Sequence record: NC_070902.1
Origin: Escherichia phage 11W
Strand: one strand, 5' to 3'
Length of the DNA: 31,564 bases
Program-made: the position numbers and the translations under genes
The notes under the pieces: generated by a model
The model's database searches: none
Told to the model about the DNA's origin: nothing
Seen by the model: only the letters and a program-made list of their open reading frames with translations
Shown: positions 1 to 9,434 of the stretch, in pieces
Layout: each line of letters opens with the position of its first letter
Numbering within the stretch: position 1 is the first letter of the stretch

Positions 1-18
1 GCGAGGCGGGGAAAGCAC
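1..18 (+). other. cos: cos cohesive-end sequence (left end)
   Basis: Window begins gcgaggcggggaaagcac, matching from memory the 19-nt P2 cohesive end GGCGAGGCGGGGAAAGCAC minus its first G. Confidence 0.6.
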
Positions 19-160
19 TGCGCGCTGGCGGTGGTGCTGATTTTATTTTTTCAGCGTCTGAGCGCGTCGTGACGGCGCTTAGTCTGCCCGTTGAGGCGTT
101 GGTGTGTCTGCGGGGTGTTTTGTGCGGTGGTGAGCGTGTGAGGGCGTGATGACGGGGTGT

Positions 161-183
161 AAAAAAGCCGCCCGCAGGCGGCG
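161..183 (-). terminator. Rho-independent terminator downstream of Q (minus-strand transcript)
   Basis: GC-rich inverted repeat gccgcc...ggcggc at 167..183 adjacent to an A6 run at 161..166 (U-run on the minus-strand RNA), just past the Q stop codon at 188. Confidence 0.6.
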
Positions 184-187
184 ATGT

Positions 188-1222
188 TCAGCCGTTGTCA
201 GTGTCCAGTGAGTAGTTTTTAAAGTGGATGACCTCCTGACCGAGCCAGCCGTTTATTTCCCGAATCCTGTCCTGTAACGGGATAAGCTCATTGCGGACAA
301 AGACCTTTGCCACTTTCTCAATATCACCCAGCGACCCGACGTTCTCCGGCTTGCCGCCCATCAACTGAAAGGGGATGCGGTGCGCGTCCAGCAGGTCAGC
401 GGCGCTGGCTTTTTTGATATTAAAAAAATCGTCCTTCGTCGCCACTTCACTGAGGGGGATAATTTTAATGCCGTCGGCTTTCCCCTGCGGGGCATAGAGA
501 AACAGATTTTTAAAGTTATTGCGGCCTTTCGACTTAACCATGTTTTCGCGAAGCATTTCGATATCGTTGCGATCCTGCACGGCATCGGTGACGTACATGA
601 TGTATCCGGCATGTGCGCCATTTTCGTAATACTTGCGGCGGAACAGCGTGGCCGACTCATTCAGCCAGGCAGAGTTAAGGGCGCTGAGATATTCCGGCAG
701 GCCGTACAGCTCCTGATTAATATCCGGCTCCAGCAGGTGAAACACGGAGCCGGGCGCGAAAGGTGTCGGCTCATGGAAGGACGGCACCCACCAGTAAACA
801 TCCTCTTCCACGCCACGGCGGGTATATTTTGCCGGTGAGGTTTCCAGTCTGATGACCTTACCGGTGGTGCTGTAACGCTTTTCCAGAAACGCATTACCGA
901 ACACCAGAAAATCCAGCACAAAGCGGCTGAAATCCTGCTGGGAAAGCCACGGATGCGGGATAAATGTCGAGGCCAGAATATTACGTTTGACGTAAATCGG
1001 TGAGCTGTGATGCACGGCAGCACGCAGGCTTTTTGCCAGACCGGTAAAGCTGACTGGCGGCTCATACCATCTGCCGTTACTGATGCACTCGACGTAATCC
1101 AGAATGTCACGGCGGTCGAGTACCGGCACCGGCTCACCAAAGGTGAACGCCTCCATTTTCGGGGCGCTGGCGGTCATTGTTTTTGCTGCAGGTTGCGGTG
1201 TTTTCCCTTTTTTCTTGCTCAT
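188..1222 (-). CDS. Q: Portal protein (P2 gpQ)
   Basis: 344-aa ORF, same length as P2 Q. ATG at 1222 overlaps the P stop (ATGA). Position and orientation as in P2. Confidence 0.93.
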   Translation of the reverse strand: MSKKKGKTPQPAAKTMTASAPKMEAFTFGEPVPVLDRRDILDYVECISNGRWYEPPVSFTGLAKSLRAAVHHSSPIYVKRNILASTFIPHPWLSQQDFSRFVLDFLVFGNAFLEKRYSTTGKVIRLETSPAKYTRRGVEEDVYWWVPSFHEPTPFAPGSVFHLLEPDINQELYGLPEYLSALNSAWLNESATLFRRKYYENGAHAGYIMYVTDAVQDRNDIEMLRENMVKSKGRNNFKNLFLYAPQGKADGIKIIPLSEVATKDDFFNIKKASAADLLDAHRIPFQLMGGKPENVGSLGDIEKVAKVFVRNELIPLQDRIREINGWLGQEVIHFKNYSLDTDNG

Positions 1223-2994
1223 CAGTAAAACTCCAGAATGGTGGATGTCAGCGGGGTGCTGATACCGGCGGTGAGTGGCTCATTTAACAGGGCGTGCATG
1301 GTCGCCCAGGCGAGGTCGGCGTGGCTGGCTTCCTCGCTGCGACTGGCCTCATAGGTGGCGCTGCGTCCGCTGCTGGTCATGGTCTTTCGGATAGCCATAA
1401 ACGAGCTGGTGATGTCGGTGGCGCTGACGTCATATTCCAGACAGCCACGGCGGATAACGTCTTTTGCCTTGAGCACCATTGCGGTTTTCATTTCCGGTGT
1501 GTAGCGGATATCGCGCGCGGCGGGATAGAACGAGCGCACGAGCTGGAACACGCCGACACCGAGGCCGGTGGCATCAATACCGATGTATTCGACGTTGTAT
1601 TTTTCGGTGAGTTTGCGGATGGATTCCGCCTGAGTGGCAAAGTCCATGCCTTTCCACTGGTGACGCTCAAGTATTCTGAATTTGCCACCGGCCACCACCG
1701 GTGGTGCCAGCACCACGCATCCGGCGCTGTCGCCACGGTGTGACGGGTCGTAACCAATCCATACCGGGCGGGAGCCGAACGGATTGGCGGCAAACGGCGC
1801 ATAGTCTTCCCATTCTTCCAGCGTGTCGACCATGCAGCGTTGCAGCTCCTCGAACGGGAACACCGACGCCTTGTCGTCAACAAATTCACACATGAACAGG
1901 TTTTTAAAATCGTCGGCGCTGTTTTCGCGTTTGAGCTGTTCAATGTCGAACAGCGTGCAGCCGCCTTTCAGGGCGTCCTCAATGGTGACAATCTGCCGCC
2001 ACTGGCCGTCCGCACAGAGAAGCCCACCGGCAAGGGCGTTATGACTGACGTCGATTTCCACGCGTTCGGCGGCGCTGGCGCGTCCCCGGTTGAACAGTTC
2101 ACCTGACCAGAACGGGTAGGCGTCGTGCGCCAGCGTGGACGGGGTGGAGAAATAGGTCGAGCGCAGGTGACTCTGTGAGGCCATACCTGATGCCACCTTA
2201 CGCAGTACCTGAAAATTCGGGATCCAGAAAATCTCATCGACGTACAGGTCGCCGTTATGGCTCTGTGCGGTGTTGGAGTTGGTGCCGAGAAAAATCAGTT
2301 TTGCACCGTTATTGCCCAGGACAATCGGGTCACCGGTCAGGTCAACGTCAACCAGCCGGGCAAAGGCAATGATGTATTCGCGGAACACATACGCCTGCGT
2401 TTTACTGGCCGACAGAAAAATCTGGTTATGACCGGTTTTCAGGGCGCGCAGCAGCGCCTCGCGGGAAAAATAAAACGTCGCGCCAATCTGGCGGGATTTC
2501 AGGATATCGCGGATGCGGTGCTCAAGCCCGGCGCGATACCAGTGCAACTGATAGTCGAAAGACTGCTCAAAGAAAATCTGCTCCAGCTTTTCGATGGCCT
2601 CGTCACTGAAAAAATTCTTTTTCGGTTTGCGCCGCCCGCTTTTGTTGCGGTTAGCGACGTTCGGATTAAGGTCTGCCTCGCTGCCGGTCTGGCTGTAACG
2701 ATTTACCCGTGCCAGTCGTTCAATCTGGCGTCCCAGCAGGTCAATTTCCTTGAAGTCACCGCCGGTTTTCTGCGGTTTGATGATGAGCTGGGTCAGCCGC
2801 GCTTCCAGGCTCATTTCGACACGGCTGATGGGGGCAACGTTGTCCCAGCCGTCGCGCTGTTTCCAGCTCTGCACTGTCGGGCGTTTCATCTGCAACATGG
2901 CGGCAATCTGCGGCACGGAAAACCCCTGCCAGTACAGCAGCGCCGCCTGACGACGCGGGTCGTGTAAAAGAGTGGTGTCTGTGGTGATGGTCAT
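1222..2994 (-). CDS. P: Terminase large (ATPase) subunit (P2 gpP)
   Basis: Track ORF is 600 aa from a TTG. The first in-frame ATG (MTITTDTTLLHDPRRQAALLYWQGF) gives 590 aa, matching P2 P as I recall it. Confidence 0.93.
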   Translation of the reverse strand: MTITTDTTLLHDPRRQAALLYWQGFSVPQIAAMLQMKRPTVQSWKQRDGWDNVAPISRVEMSLEARLTQLIIKPQKTGGDFKEIDLLGRQIERLARVNRYSQTGSEADLNPNVANRNKSGRRKPKKNFFSDEAIEKLEQIFFEQSFDYQLHWYRAGLEHRIRDILKSRQIGATFYFSREALLRALKTGHNQIFLSASKTQAYVFREYIIAFARLVDVDLTGDPIVLGNNGAKLIFLGTNSNTAQSHNGDLYVDEIFWIPNFQVLRKVASGMASQSHLRSTYFSTPSTLAHDAYPFWSGELFNRGRASAAERVEIDVSHNALAGGLLCADGQWRQIVTIEDALKGGCTLFDIEQLKRENSADDFKNLFMCEFVDDKASVFPFEELQRCMVDTLEEWEDYAPFAANPFGSRPVWIGYDPSHRGDSAGCVVLAPPVVAGGKFRILERHQWKGMDFATQAESIRKLTEKYNVEYIGIDATGLGVGVFQLVRSFYPAARDIRYTPEMKTAMVLKAKDVIRRGCLEYDVSATDITSSFMAIRKTMTSSGRSATYEASRSEEASHADLAWATMHALLNEPLTAGISTPLTSTILEFY

Positions 2995-3167
2995 GAATAC
3001 CTCGCCGTGATGAATACACGGCAAGGCTACTGAGTCGCGCCCCGCGATTCGCTAAGGTGCTGTTGTGTCAGTGATAAGCCATCCGGGACTGATGGCGGAG
3101 GATGCGCATCGTCGGGAAACTGATGCCGACATGTGACTCCTCTAATCACTATTCAGGACTCCTGACA
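2995..3167. promoter_or_regulatory. Divergent late promoter region (P_P leftward, P_O rightward), expected Ogr-dependent
   Basis: Intergenic region between divergent P and O. P2 late promoters lie here and carry an upstream TGT-N12-ACA-like element. I could not pin an exact dyad by eye. Confidence 0.5.
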
Positions 3168-4022
3168 ATGGCAAAAAAAGTCTCAAAATTCTTTCGTATC
3201 GGCGTTGAGGGTGACACCTGTGACGGGCGTGTCATCAGTGCGCAGGATATTCAGGAAATGGCCGAAACCTTTGACCCGCGTGTCTATGGTTGCCGCATTA
3301 ACCTGGAACATCTGCGCGGCATCCTGCCTGACGGTATTTTTAAGCGTTATGGCGATGTGGTCGAACTGAAGGCCGAAAAGATTGACGATGATTCGGCGCT
3401 GAAAGGCAAATGGGCGCTGTTTGCGAAAATCACCCCGACCGATGACCTTATCGCGATGAACAAGGCCGCGCAGAAGGTCTATACCTCAATGGAAATTCAG
3501 CCGAACTTTGCCAATACCGGCAAATGTTATCTGGTGGGTCTGGCCGTCACCGATGACCCGGCAAGCCTCGGCACGGAATACCTGGAATTCTGCCGCACGG
3601 CAAAACACAACCCTCTGAACCGCTTCAAATTAAGCCCTGAAAACCTGATTTCAGTGGCAACGCCTGTTGAGCTGGAATTTGAAGACCTGCCTGAAACCGT
3701 GTTCACAGCCCTGACCGAAAAGGTGAAATCCATTTTTGGCCGCAAACAGGCCAGCGATGACGCCCGTCTGAATGACGTGCATGAAGCGGTGACCGCTGTC
3801 GCTGAGCATGTGCAGGAAAAACTGAGCGCCACTGAGCAGCGCCTTGCTGAGATGGAAACCGCCTTTTCCGCACTTAAGCAGGATGTGACTGACAGGGCGG
3901 ATGAAACCAGCCAGGCATTCACCCGCCTGAAAAACAGCCTCGACCACACCGAAAGTCTGACCCAGCAGCGCCGCAGCAAGGCCACCGGCGGTGGCGGTGA
4001 TGCCCTGATGACGAACTGCTGA
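3168..4022 (+). CDS. O: Capsid scaffolding protein (P2 gpO)
   Basis: Track ORF starts at 3102. The ATG at 3168 (MAKKVSKFFRIGVEGD) gives 284 aa, as in P2 O. Confidence 0.92.
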   Translation: MAKKVSKFFRIGVEGDTCDGRVISAQDIQEMAETFDPRVYGCRINLEHLRGILPDGIFKRYGDVVELKAEKIDDDSALKGKWALFAKITPTDDLIAMNKAAQKVYTSMEIQPNFANTGKCYLVGLAVTDDPASLGTEYLEFCRTAKHNPLNRFKLSPENLISVATPVELEFEDLPETVFTALTEKVKSIFGRKQASDDARLNDVHEAVTAVAEHVQEKLSATEQRLAEMETAFSALKQDVTDRADETSQAFTRLKNSLDHTESLTQQRRSKATGGGGDALMTNC

Positions 4023-4080
4023 CCGTCGTCAGTCAGTCCGGGAAAACCTTCACGATTAACCCTTAATTTCAGGAAAAACT

Positions 4081-5154
4081 ATGCGCCAGGAAACCCGCTT
4101 TAAATTTAATGCCTACCTGTCCCGTGTTGCCGAACTGAACGGCATCGACGCCGGTGATGTGTCGAAAAAATTCACCGTTGAACCGTCGGTCACCCAGACC
4201 CTGATGAACACCATGCAGGAGTCCTCTGACTTTCTGACCCGCATCAATATTGTGCCGGTCAGCGAAATGAAAGGGGAAAAAATTGGCATCGGTGTCACCG
4301 GCTCCATCGCCAGCACCACCGACACCGCCGGTGGCACCGAGCGTCAGCCGAAGGACTTCTCGAAGCTGGCGTCAAACAAGTACGAATGCGACCAGATTAA
4401 CTTCGATTTTTATATCCGCTACAAAACGCTGGACCTGTGGGCGCGTTATCAGGATTTCCAGCTCCGTGTCCGTAACGCCATTATCAAACGCCAGTCCCTT
4501 GATTTAATCATGGTCGGTTTTAACGGCGTGAGGCGTGCCGAAACCTCTGACCGCAACAGTAATCCGATGCTGCAGGATGTGGCGGTCGGCTGGCTGCAGA
4601 AATACCGCAATGAAGCCCCGGCGCGCGTGATGAGCAAGGTCACTGACGAGGAAGGGCACACCACCTCTGAGGTTATCCGCGTGGGTAAGGGCGGTGATTA
4701 TGCCAGCCTTGACGCACTGGTGATGGATGCGACCAACAACCTGATTGAGCCGTGGTATCAGGAAGACCCTGACCTTGTGGTGATTGTGGGACGTCAGCTA
4801 CTGGCGGACAAGTATTTTCCCATCGTCAACAAGGAGCAGGACAACAGCGAAATGCTGGCCGCTGACGTCATCATCAGCCAGAAACGCATCGGTAACCTGC
4901 CGGCGGTACGCGTCCCGTACTTCCCGGCGGATGCGATGCTCATCACAAAGCTGGAAAACCTGTCCATCTACTACATGGATGACAGCCATCGCCGCGTGAT
5001 TGAGGAAAACCCGAAACTCGACCGCGTGGAGAACTACGAGTCAATGAACATTGATTACGTGGTGGAAGACTACGCCGCCGGTTGTCTGGTGGAAAAAATT
5101 AAGGTCGGTGATTTCTCCACACTGGCTAAAGCGACCGCAGAGCCGGGAGCGTAA
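4081..5154 (+). CDS. N: Major capsid protein (P2 gpN)
   Basis: 357 aa, same as P2 N. Recognised sequence MRQETRFKFNAYLSRVAELNG. Confidence 0.94.
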   Translation: MRQETRFKFNAYLSRVAELNGIDAGDVSKKFTVEPSVTQTLMNTMQESSDFLTRINIVPVSEMKGEKIGIGVTGSIASTTDTAGGTERQPKDFSKLASNKYECDQINFDFYIRYKTLDLWARYQDFQLRVRNAIIKRQSLDLIMVGFNGVRRAETSDRNSNPMLQDVAVGWLQKYRNEAPARVMSKVTDEEGHTTSEVIRVGKGGDYASLDALVMDATNNLIEPWYQEDPDLVVIVGRQLLADKYFPIVNKEQDNSEMLAADVIISQKRIGNLPAVRVPYFPADAMLITKLENLSIYYMDDSHRRVIEENPKLDRVENYESMNIDYVVEDYAAGCLVEKIKVGDFSTLAKATAEPGA

Positions 5155-5157
5155 CCG

Positions 5158-5901
5158 ATGACGAGTCCCGCACAGCGCCACATGATGCGGGTCTCGGCAG
5201 CGATGACCGCGCAGCGGGAAGCCGCCCCGCTGCGACATGCAACTGTCTATGAGCAGATGCTGGTTAAGCTCGCCGCAGACCAGCGCACACTGAAAGCGAT
5301 TTATTCAAAAGAGCTGAAGGCCGCGAAAAAACGCGAACTGCTGCCGTTCTGGTTGCCGTGGGTGAACGGCGTGCTGGAGCAGGGCAAAGGTGCACAGGAT
5401 GACATTCTGATGACGGTCATGCTGTGGCGTCTGGATACCGGCGATATTGCCGGTGCGCTGGAGATTGCCCGTTATGCCCTGAAGTACGGTCTGACCATGC
5501 CGGGTAAACACCGCCGCCCCCCGCCGTACATGTTCACCGAGGAGGTGGCGCTCGCGGCCATGCGCGCCCACGCTGCCGGTGAGTCTGTGGATACCCGCCT
5601 GCTGACGGAGACCCTTGAACTGACCGCCACGGCTGACATGCCTGATGAAGTGCGCGCAAAGCTGCACAAAATCACCGGTCTGTTTCTGCGTGACGGTGGT
5701 GATGCCGCCGGTGCGCTGGCGCACCTGCAACGTGCGACACAGCTCGACTGTCAGGCAGGCGTCAAAAAAGAGATTGAACGACTGGAGCGGGAGCTGAAAC
5801 CGAAGCCGGAGCCGCAGCCCAAAGCGGCCACCCGCGCCCCGCGTAAGACCCGGAGCGTGACACCGGCAAAACGTGGACGCCCGAAAAAGAAAGCCAGTTA
5901 A
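5158..5901 (+). CDS. M: Terminase small/endonuclease subunit (P2 gpM)
   Basis: 247 aa, same as P2 M. Basic K/R-rich C-terminal tail. Position after N. Confidence 0.9.
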   Translation: MTSPAQRHMMRVSAAMTAQREAAPLRHATVYEQMLVKLAADQRTLKAIYSKELKAAKKRELLPFWLPWVNGVLEQGKGAQDDILMTVMLWRLDTGDIAGALEIARYALKYGLTMPGKHRRPPPYMFTEEVALAAMRAHAAGESVDTRLLTETLELTATADMPDEVRAKLHKITGLFLRDGGDAAGALAHLQRATQLDCQAGVKKEIERLERELKPKPEPQPKAATRAPRKTRSVTPAKRGRPKKKAS

Positions 5902-6000
5902 CAACCGAATGCGCCCCGCGCCAGGGCGGCACGCCGGTCAGTGAGGGTGAATCACCTGACACTGCACCGGCGTCCACCGCCCGACTTTTCAGAGGTAGTC

Positions 6001-6510
6001 ATGATGACGCTGATTATTCCGCGAAAGGAGGCTCCCGTGTCCGGTGAGGGTACGGTGGTCATCCCGCAACCGGCAGGCGACGAGCCGGTGATTAAAAACA
6101 CGTTCTTTTTTCCCGATATCGACCCGAAGCGCGTCCGGGAACGTATGCGCCTTGAGCAGACCGTCGCCCCCGCCCGTCTGCGTGAGGCCATCAAGTCAGG
6201 CATGGCGGAAACAAATGCGGAGCTGTACGAGTACCGCGAACAGAAAATTGCCGCCGGTTTTACGCGTCTGGCGGACGTTCCGGCGGACGATATCGACGGT
6301 GAAAGTATCAAAGTTTTTTACTACGAGCGCGCCGTGTGTGCGATGGCGACCGCGTCGCTTTATGAGCGTTACCGCGGCGTGGATGCCAGTGCGAAAGGCG
6401 ACAAGAAGGCCGACAGCATTGACAGCACCATTGATGAGCTGTGGCGGGATATGCGCTGGGCAGTGGCGCGCATCCAGGACAAGCCGCGCTGCATCGTGAG
6501 TCAAATCTGA
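6001..6510 (+). CDS. L: Head completion protein (P2 gpL)
   Basis: Track ORF is 189 aa. The internal ATG at 6001 (MMTLIIPRKEAPVSGEG) gives 169 aa, as in P2 L. Confidence 0.9.
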   Translation: MMTLIIPRKEAPVSGEGTVVIPQPAGDEPVIKNTFFFPDIDPKRVRERMRLEQTVAPARLREAIKSGMAETNAELYEYREQKIAAGFTRLADVPADDIDGESIKVFYYERAVCAMATASLYERYRGVDASAKGDKKADSIDSTIDELWRDMRWAVARIQDKPRCIVSQI

Positions 6511-6713
6511 TGAAGACCTTTGCGCTACAGGGCGACACGCTCGACGCCATTTGTGTCCGGTATTACGGGCGCACTGAGGGCGTGGTTGAGACCGTGCTCG
6601 CCGCAAATCCGGGACTGGCTGAACTGGGTGCGGTGCTGCCACATGGCTCCGCCGTCGAACTGCCCGACGTTCAGACCGCGCCCGTGGCTGAAACTGTCAA
6701 TCTGTGGGAGTAA
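6510..6713 (+). CDS. X: Tail protein X (P2 gpX)
   Basis: ATG at 6510 overlaps the L stop. 67 aa (MKTFALQGDTLDAICVRYYGRTEG...), same length as P2 X. Confidence 0.88.
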   Translation: MKTFALQGDTLDAICVRYYGRTEGVVETVLAANPGLAELGAVLPHGSAVELPDVQTAPVAETVNLWE

Positions 6714-6716
6714 CGC

Positions 6717-6998
6717 ATGACAGCAGAAGAAAAAAGCGTCCTGTCGCTTTTCATGATTGGGGTGCTGATTGTTGTCGGCAAGGTGCTTGCCGGTGGTGAA
6801 CCCATCACCCCGCGTCTGTTTATCGGGCGCATGTTGCTCGGTGGTTTTGTCTCGATGGTTGCCGGTGTTGTTCTGGTGCAGTTTCCTGACCTGTCACTGC
6901 CTGCGGTGTGCGGCATCGGCTCCATGCTGGGTATCGCCGGTTATCAGGTGATTGAGATTGCCATTCAGCGCCGCTTTAAGGGCAGGGGGAAACCGTAA
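6717..6998 (+). CDS. Y: Holin (P2 gpY)
   Basis: 93 aa with hydrophobic helices (LSLFMIGVLIVVGKVLAGG; GGFVSMVAGVVLVQF) and a charged C-terminus. First gene of the lysis cassette. Confidence 0.9.
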   Translation: MTAEEKSVLSLFMIGVLIVVGKVLAGGEPITPRLFIGRMLLGGFVSMVAGVVLVQFPDLSLPAVCGIGSMLGIAGYQVIEIAIQRRFKGRGKP

Positions 6999-7495
6999 TG
7001 CCGGTAATTAACACGCATCAGAATATCGCCGCCTTTCTCGACATGCTGGCAGTGTCCGAAGGGACGGCGAACCATCCGCTGACGAAAAACCGGGGCTATG
7101 ACGTGATAGTCACCGGACTGGACGGAAAGCCGGAAATTTTCACCGACTACAGTGACCACCCGTTCGCGCATGGCCGACCGGCGAAGGTGTTTAACCGTCG
7201 CGGTGAAAAATCCACGGCCTCCGGTCGCTATCAGCAGCTTTACCTGTTCTGGCCGCATTACCGCAAACAGCTTGCCCTGCCGGATTTCAGTCCGTTGTCA
7301 CAGGACAGACTTGCCATTCAGTTGATCCGCGAACGCGGTGCACTGGATGACGTCCGGGCGGGACGTATTGAGCGCGCCATTTCACGCTGTCGCAATATCT
7401 GGGCGTCCCTGCCGGGTGCCGGTTACGGTCAGCGTGAGCATTCACTGGAAAAACTGGTCACCGTCTGGCGTACCGCTGGCGGCGTACCGGCTTAA
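6998..7495 (+). CDS. K: Endolysin, lysozyme family (P2 gpK)
   Basis: 165 aa, overlaps the Y stop. LAVSEGT motif typical of phage lysozymes. Same length as P2 K. Confidence 0.9.
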   Translation: MPVINTHQNIAAFLDMLAVSEGTANHPLTKNRGYDVIVTGLDGKPEIFTDYSDHPFAHGRPAKVFNRRGEKSTASGRYQQLYLFWPHYRKQLALPDFSPLSQDRLAIQLIRERGALDDVRAGRIERAISRCRNIWASLPGAGYGQREHSLEKLVTVWRTAGGVPA

Positions 7496-7509
7496 ACGGA
7501 GTAAACACC

Positions 7510-7935
7510 ATGAAGAAATTATCCCTTTCACTGATGCTGAACGTGTCGCTGGCGCTGATGCTGGCACTGTCCCTGATTTACCCGCAGAGCGTGGCCGTCA
7601 GTTTTGTCGCCACCTGGGCGATTCTGGCGACGGTTATCTGTGTGGTTGCCGGTGGTGTCGGCGTGTATGCCACGGAGTATGTGCTGGAACGCTACGGGCG
7701 GGAGCTGCCGCCGGAATCGCTGGCCGTGAAGATTGTCACGTCGCTGTTTTTGCAGCCGGTGCCGTGGCGCAGACGGGCGGCGGCTCTGGTGGTGATGGTG
7801 GCGACGTTTATCTCGCTGGTCGCTGCCGGGTGGATTTTTACCGCGCTGATTTATCTTGTGGCGTCGCTGTTTTTCCGGCTGATACGTAAAGCCTGTCGTC
7901 AGCGTCTTGAGGGGCGGGAACTATGTCAAAGCTGA
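7510..7935 (+). CDS. lysA: Lysis timing membrane protein LysA
   Basis: 141 aa, strongly hydrophobic multi-pass. Same position and length as P2 lysA. Confidence 0.85.
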   Translation: MKKLSLSLMLNVSLALMLALSLIYPQSVAVSFVATWAILATVICVVAGGVGVYATEYVLERYGRELPPESLAVKIVTSLFLQPVPWRRRAAALVVMVATFISLVAAGWIFTALIYLVASLFFRLIRKACRQRLEGRELCQS

Positions 7936-8348
7936 TGATTGTGCTGGTCGTGTTGTTATCGCTGGCGGTGGCCGGTCTGTTTCTGGTGAAACATAAAAAT
8001 GCCAGCCTGCGCGCCTCGCTGGACAGGGCGAACAACGTCGCCAGTGAACAGCAGACGACCATCACCATGCTGAAAAACCAGCTTCATGTTGCCCTTACCA
8101 GGGCAGACAAAAACGAGCTGGCGCAGGTGGCACTGCGTCAGGAACTGGAGAACGCCGCGAAACGTGAAGCACAGCGCGAGAAAACCATCACGAGGTTACT
8201 TAATGAAAACGAGGATTTTCGCCGCTGGTATGGCGCTGACCTGCCTGATGCTGTGCGCCGGTTGCACCAGCGTCCGGCCTGCACTGACGCCAGTGATTGT
8301 CGCCAACGCCTGCCCGAAAGTGAGCCTTTGCCCGATGCCGGGCAGTGA
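7923..8348 (+). CDS. lysB: LysB, Rz-like inner-membrane spanin component
   Basis: 141 aa with an N-terminal TM helix (LMIVLVVLLSLAVAGLFLV) and a predicted coiled-coil periplasmic part. Overlaps the lysA end. Confidence 0.85.
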   Translation: MSKLMIVLVVLLSLAVAGLFLVKHKNASLRASLDRANNVASEQQTTITMLKNQLHVALTRADKNELAQVALRQELENAAKREAQREKTITRLLNENEDFRRWYGADLPDAVRRLHQRPACTDASDCRQRLPESEPLPDAGQ

Positions 8349-8493
8349 CCCGCAGACGAACGGCGATTTAAGTGCCGATATCCGGCAGCTTGAGAACGCG
8401 CTGGCACGCTGTGCCAGCCAGGTAAAAATGATTAAACACTGTCAGGACGAAAACGATGCTCAAACCCGACAGCCTGCGCAGGGCGCTGACTGA
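8203..8493 (+). CDS. lysC: LysC, Rz1-like outer-membrane lipoprotein spanin embedded in the +1 frame of lysB
   Basis: Internal ATG at 8203 preceded by GAGG. Signal peptide with lipobox MKTRIFAAGMALTCLMLCAGC. About 96 aa. Confidence 0.8.
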   Translation: MKTRIFAAGMALTCLMLCAGCTSVRPALTPVIVANACPKVSLCPMPGSDPQTNGDLSADIRQLENALARCASQVKMIKHCQDENDAQTRQPAQGAD

Positions 8494-8923
8494 TGCCGTC
8501 ACGGTGCTGAAAACTAACCCCGATATGCTGCGGATATTCGTGGATAACGGGAGTATTGCCTCCACACTGGCGACGTCGCTGTCATTCGAAAAGCGTTACA
8601 CGCTCAATGTCATTGTGACCGACTTTACCGGTGATTTTGACCTGCTCATCGTGCCGGTGCTGGCGTGGCTGCGGGAAAATCAGCCCGACATCATGACCAC
8701 CGACGAAGGCCAGAAAAAGGGCTTCACGTTTTATGCGGACATCAACAATGACAGCAGCTTTGATATCAGCATCAGCCTGATGCTGACCGAGCGCACGCTG
8801 GTCAGTGAGGTGGACGGCGCACTGCATGTGAAGAATATCCCGGAACCTCCGCCGCCGGAGCCGGTCACCCGCCCGATGGAGCTTTATATCAATGGCGAAC
8901 TGGTGAGCAAGTGGGATGAATGA
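8456..8923 (+). CDS. R: Tail completion protein (P2 gpR)
   Basis: 155 aa, position and length as in P2 R. Confidence 0.88.
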   Translation: MLKPDSLRRALTDAVTVLKTNPDMLRIFVDNGSIASTLATSLSFEKRYTLNVIVTDFTGDFDLLIVPVLAWLRENQPDIMTTDEGQKKGFTFYADINNDSSFDISISLMLTERTLVSEVDGALHVKNIPEPPPPEPVTRPMELYINGELVSKWDE

Positions 8924-9368
8924 GTTTAAGCGTTTTGAAGACCGGCTGACCGGGCTGATTGAATCACTGTCACCATCAGGGCGTCGGCGACTGAGCACCG
9001 AACTGGCGAAACATCTGCGGCAGAGTCAGCAGCGCCGGGTGATGGCACAGAAAGCCCCGGACGGCACACCCTACGCACCACGCCAGCAGCAGAGCGCCAG
9101 AAAAAAGACCGGTCGTGTTAAGCGAAAAATGTTTGCGAAACTTATCACCAGTCGTTTTTTGCATATCCGCGCCAGCCCGGAACAGGCATCAATGGAATTT
9201 TACGGCGGGAAGTCACCGAAAATCGCCAGCGTGCATCATTTCGGTCTGTCGGAAGAAAACCGGAAAGACGGTAAGAAAATTGATTATCCGGCGCGTCCTC
9301 TGCTCGGCTTTACCGGTGAGGATGTGCAGATGATTGAAGAGATTATCCTGGCTCACCTCGACCGTTAG
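8916..9368 (+). CDS. S: Tail completion protein (P2 gpS)
   Basis: 150 aa, overlaps R by 8 nt, as in P2 S. Confidence 0.88.
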   Translation: MNEFKRFEDRLTGLIESLSPSGRRRLSTELAKHLRQSQQRRVMAQKAPDGTPYAPRQQQSARKKTGRVKRKMFAKLITSRFLHIRASPEQASMEFYGGKSPKIASVHHFGLSEENRKDGKKIDYPARPLLGFTGEDVQMIEEIILAHLDR

Positions 9369-9434
9369 TTGTGCCATTCCCGACACCTCATCGTTACATT
9401 GCCGCCGGTATGACCCGGCGGCATCCTTCCCGTT
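9369..9434 (+). promoter_or_regulatory. Putative late promoter P_V region
   Basis: 66-bp intergenic gap before V. Contains tgt-N12-acc at about 9370..9387, a partial match to the Ogr-site consensus. Placement by analogy to P2. Confidence 0.4.

Noticed and set aside
380-838. 152-aa plus-strand ORF inside the portal gene
   Set aside because: Antisense to the well-supported Q gene; no RBS or independent signal. Typical shadow ORF in GC-rich coding sequence.
2257-2967. 236-aa plus-strand ORF inside the terminase gene
   Set aside because: Lies entirely antisense to P, with no start context of its own.
3102-3167. Upstream extensions of O (from 3102) and L (from 5941), and TTG-initiated extensions of P, C, orf81 and A
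   Set aside because: Internal ATG starts reproduce the P2 protein lengths I remember and have better RBS spacing.
5305-5904. 199-aa minus-strand ORF opposite M
   Set aside because: Antisense to M; composition-driven.
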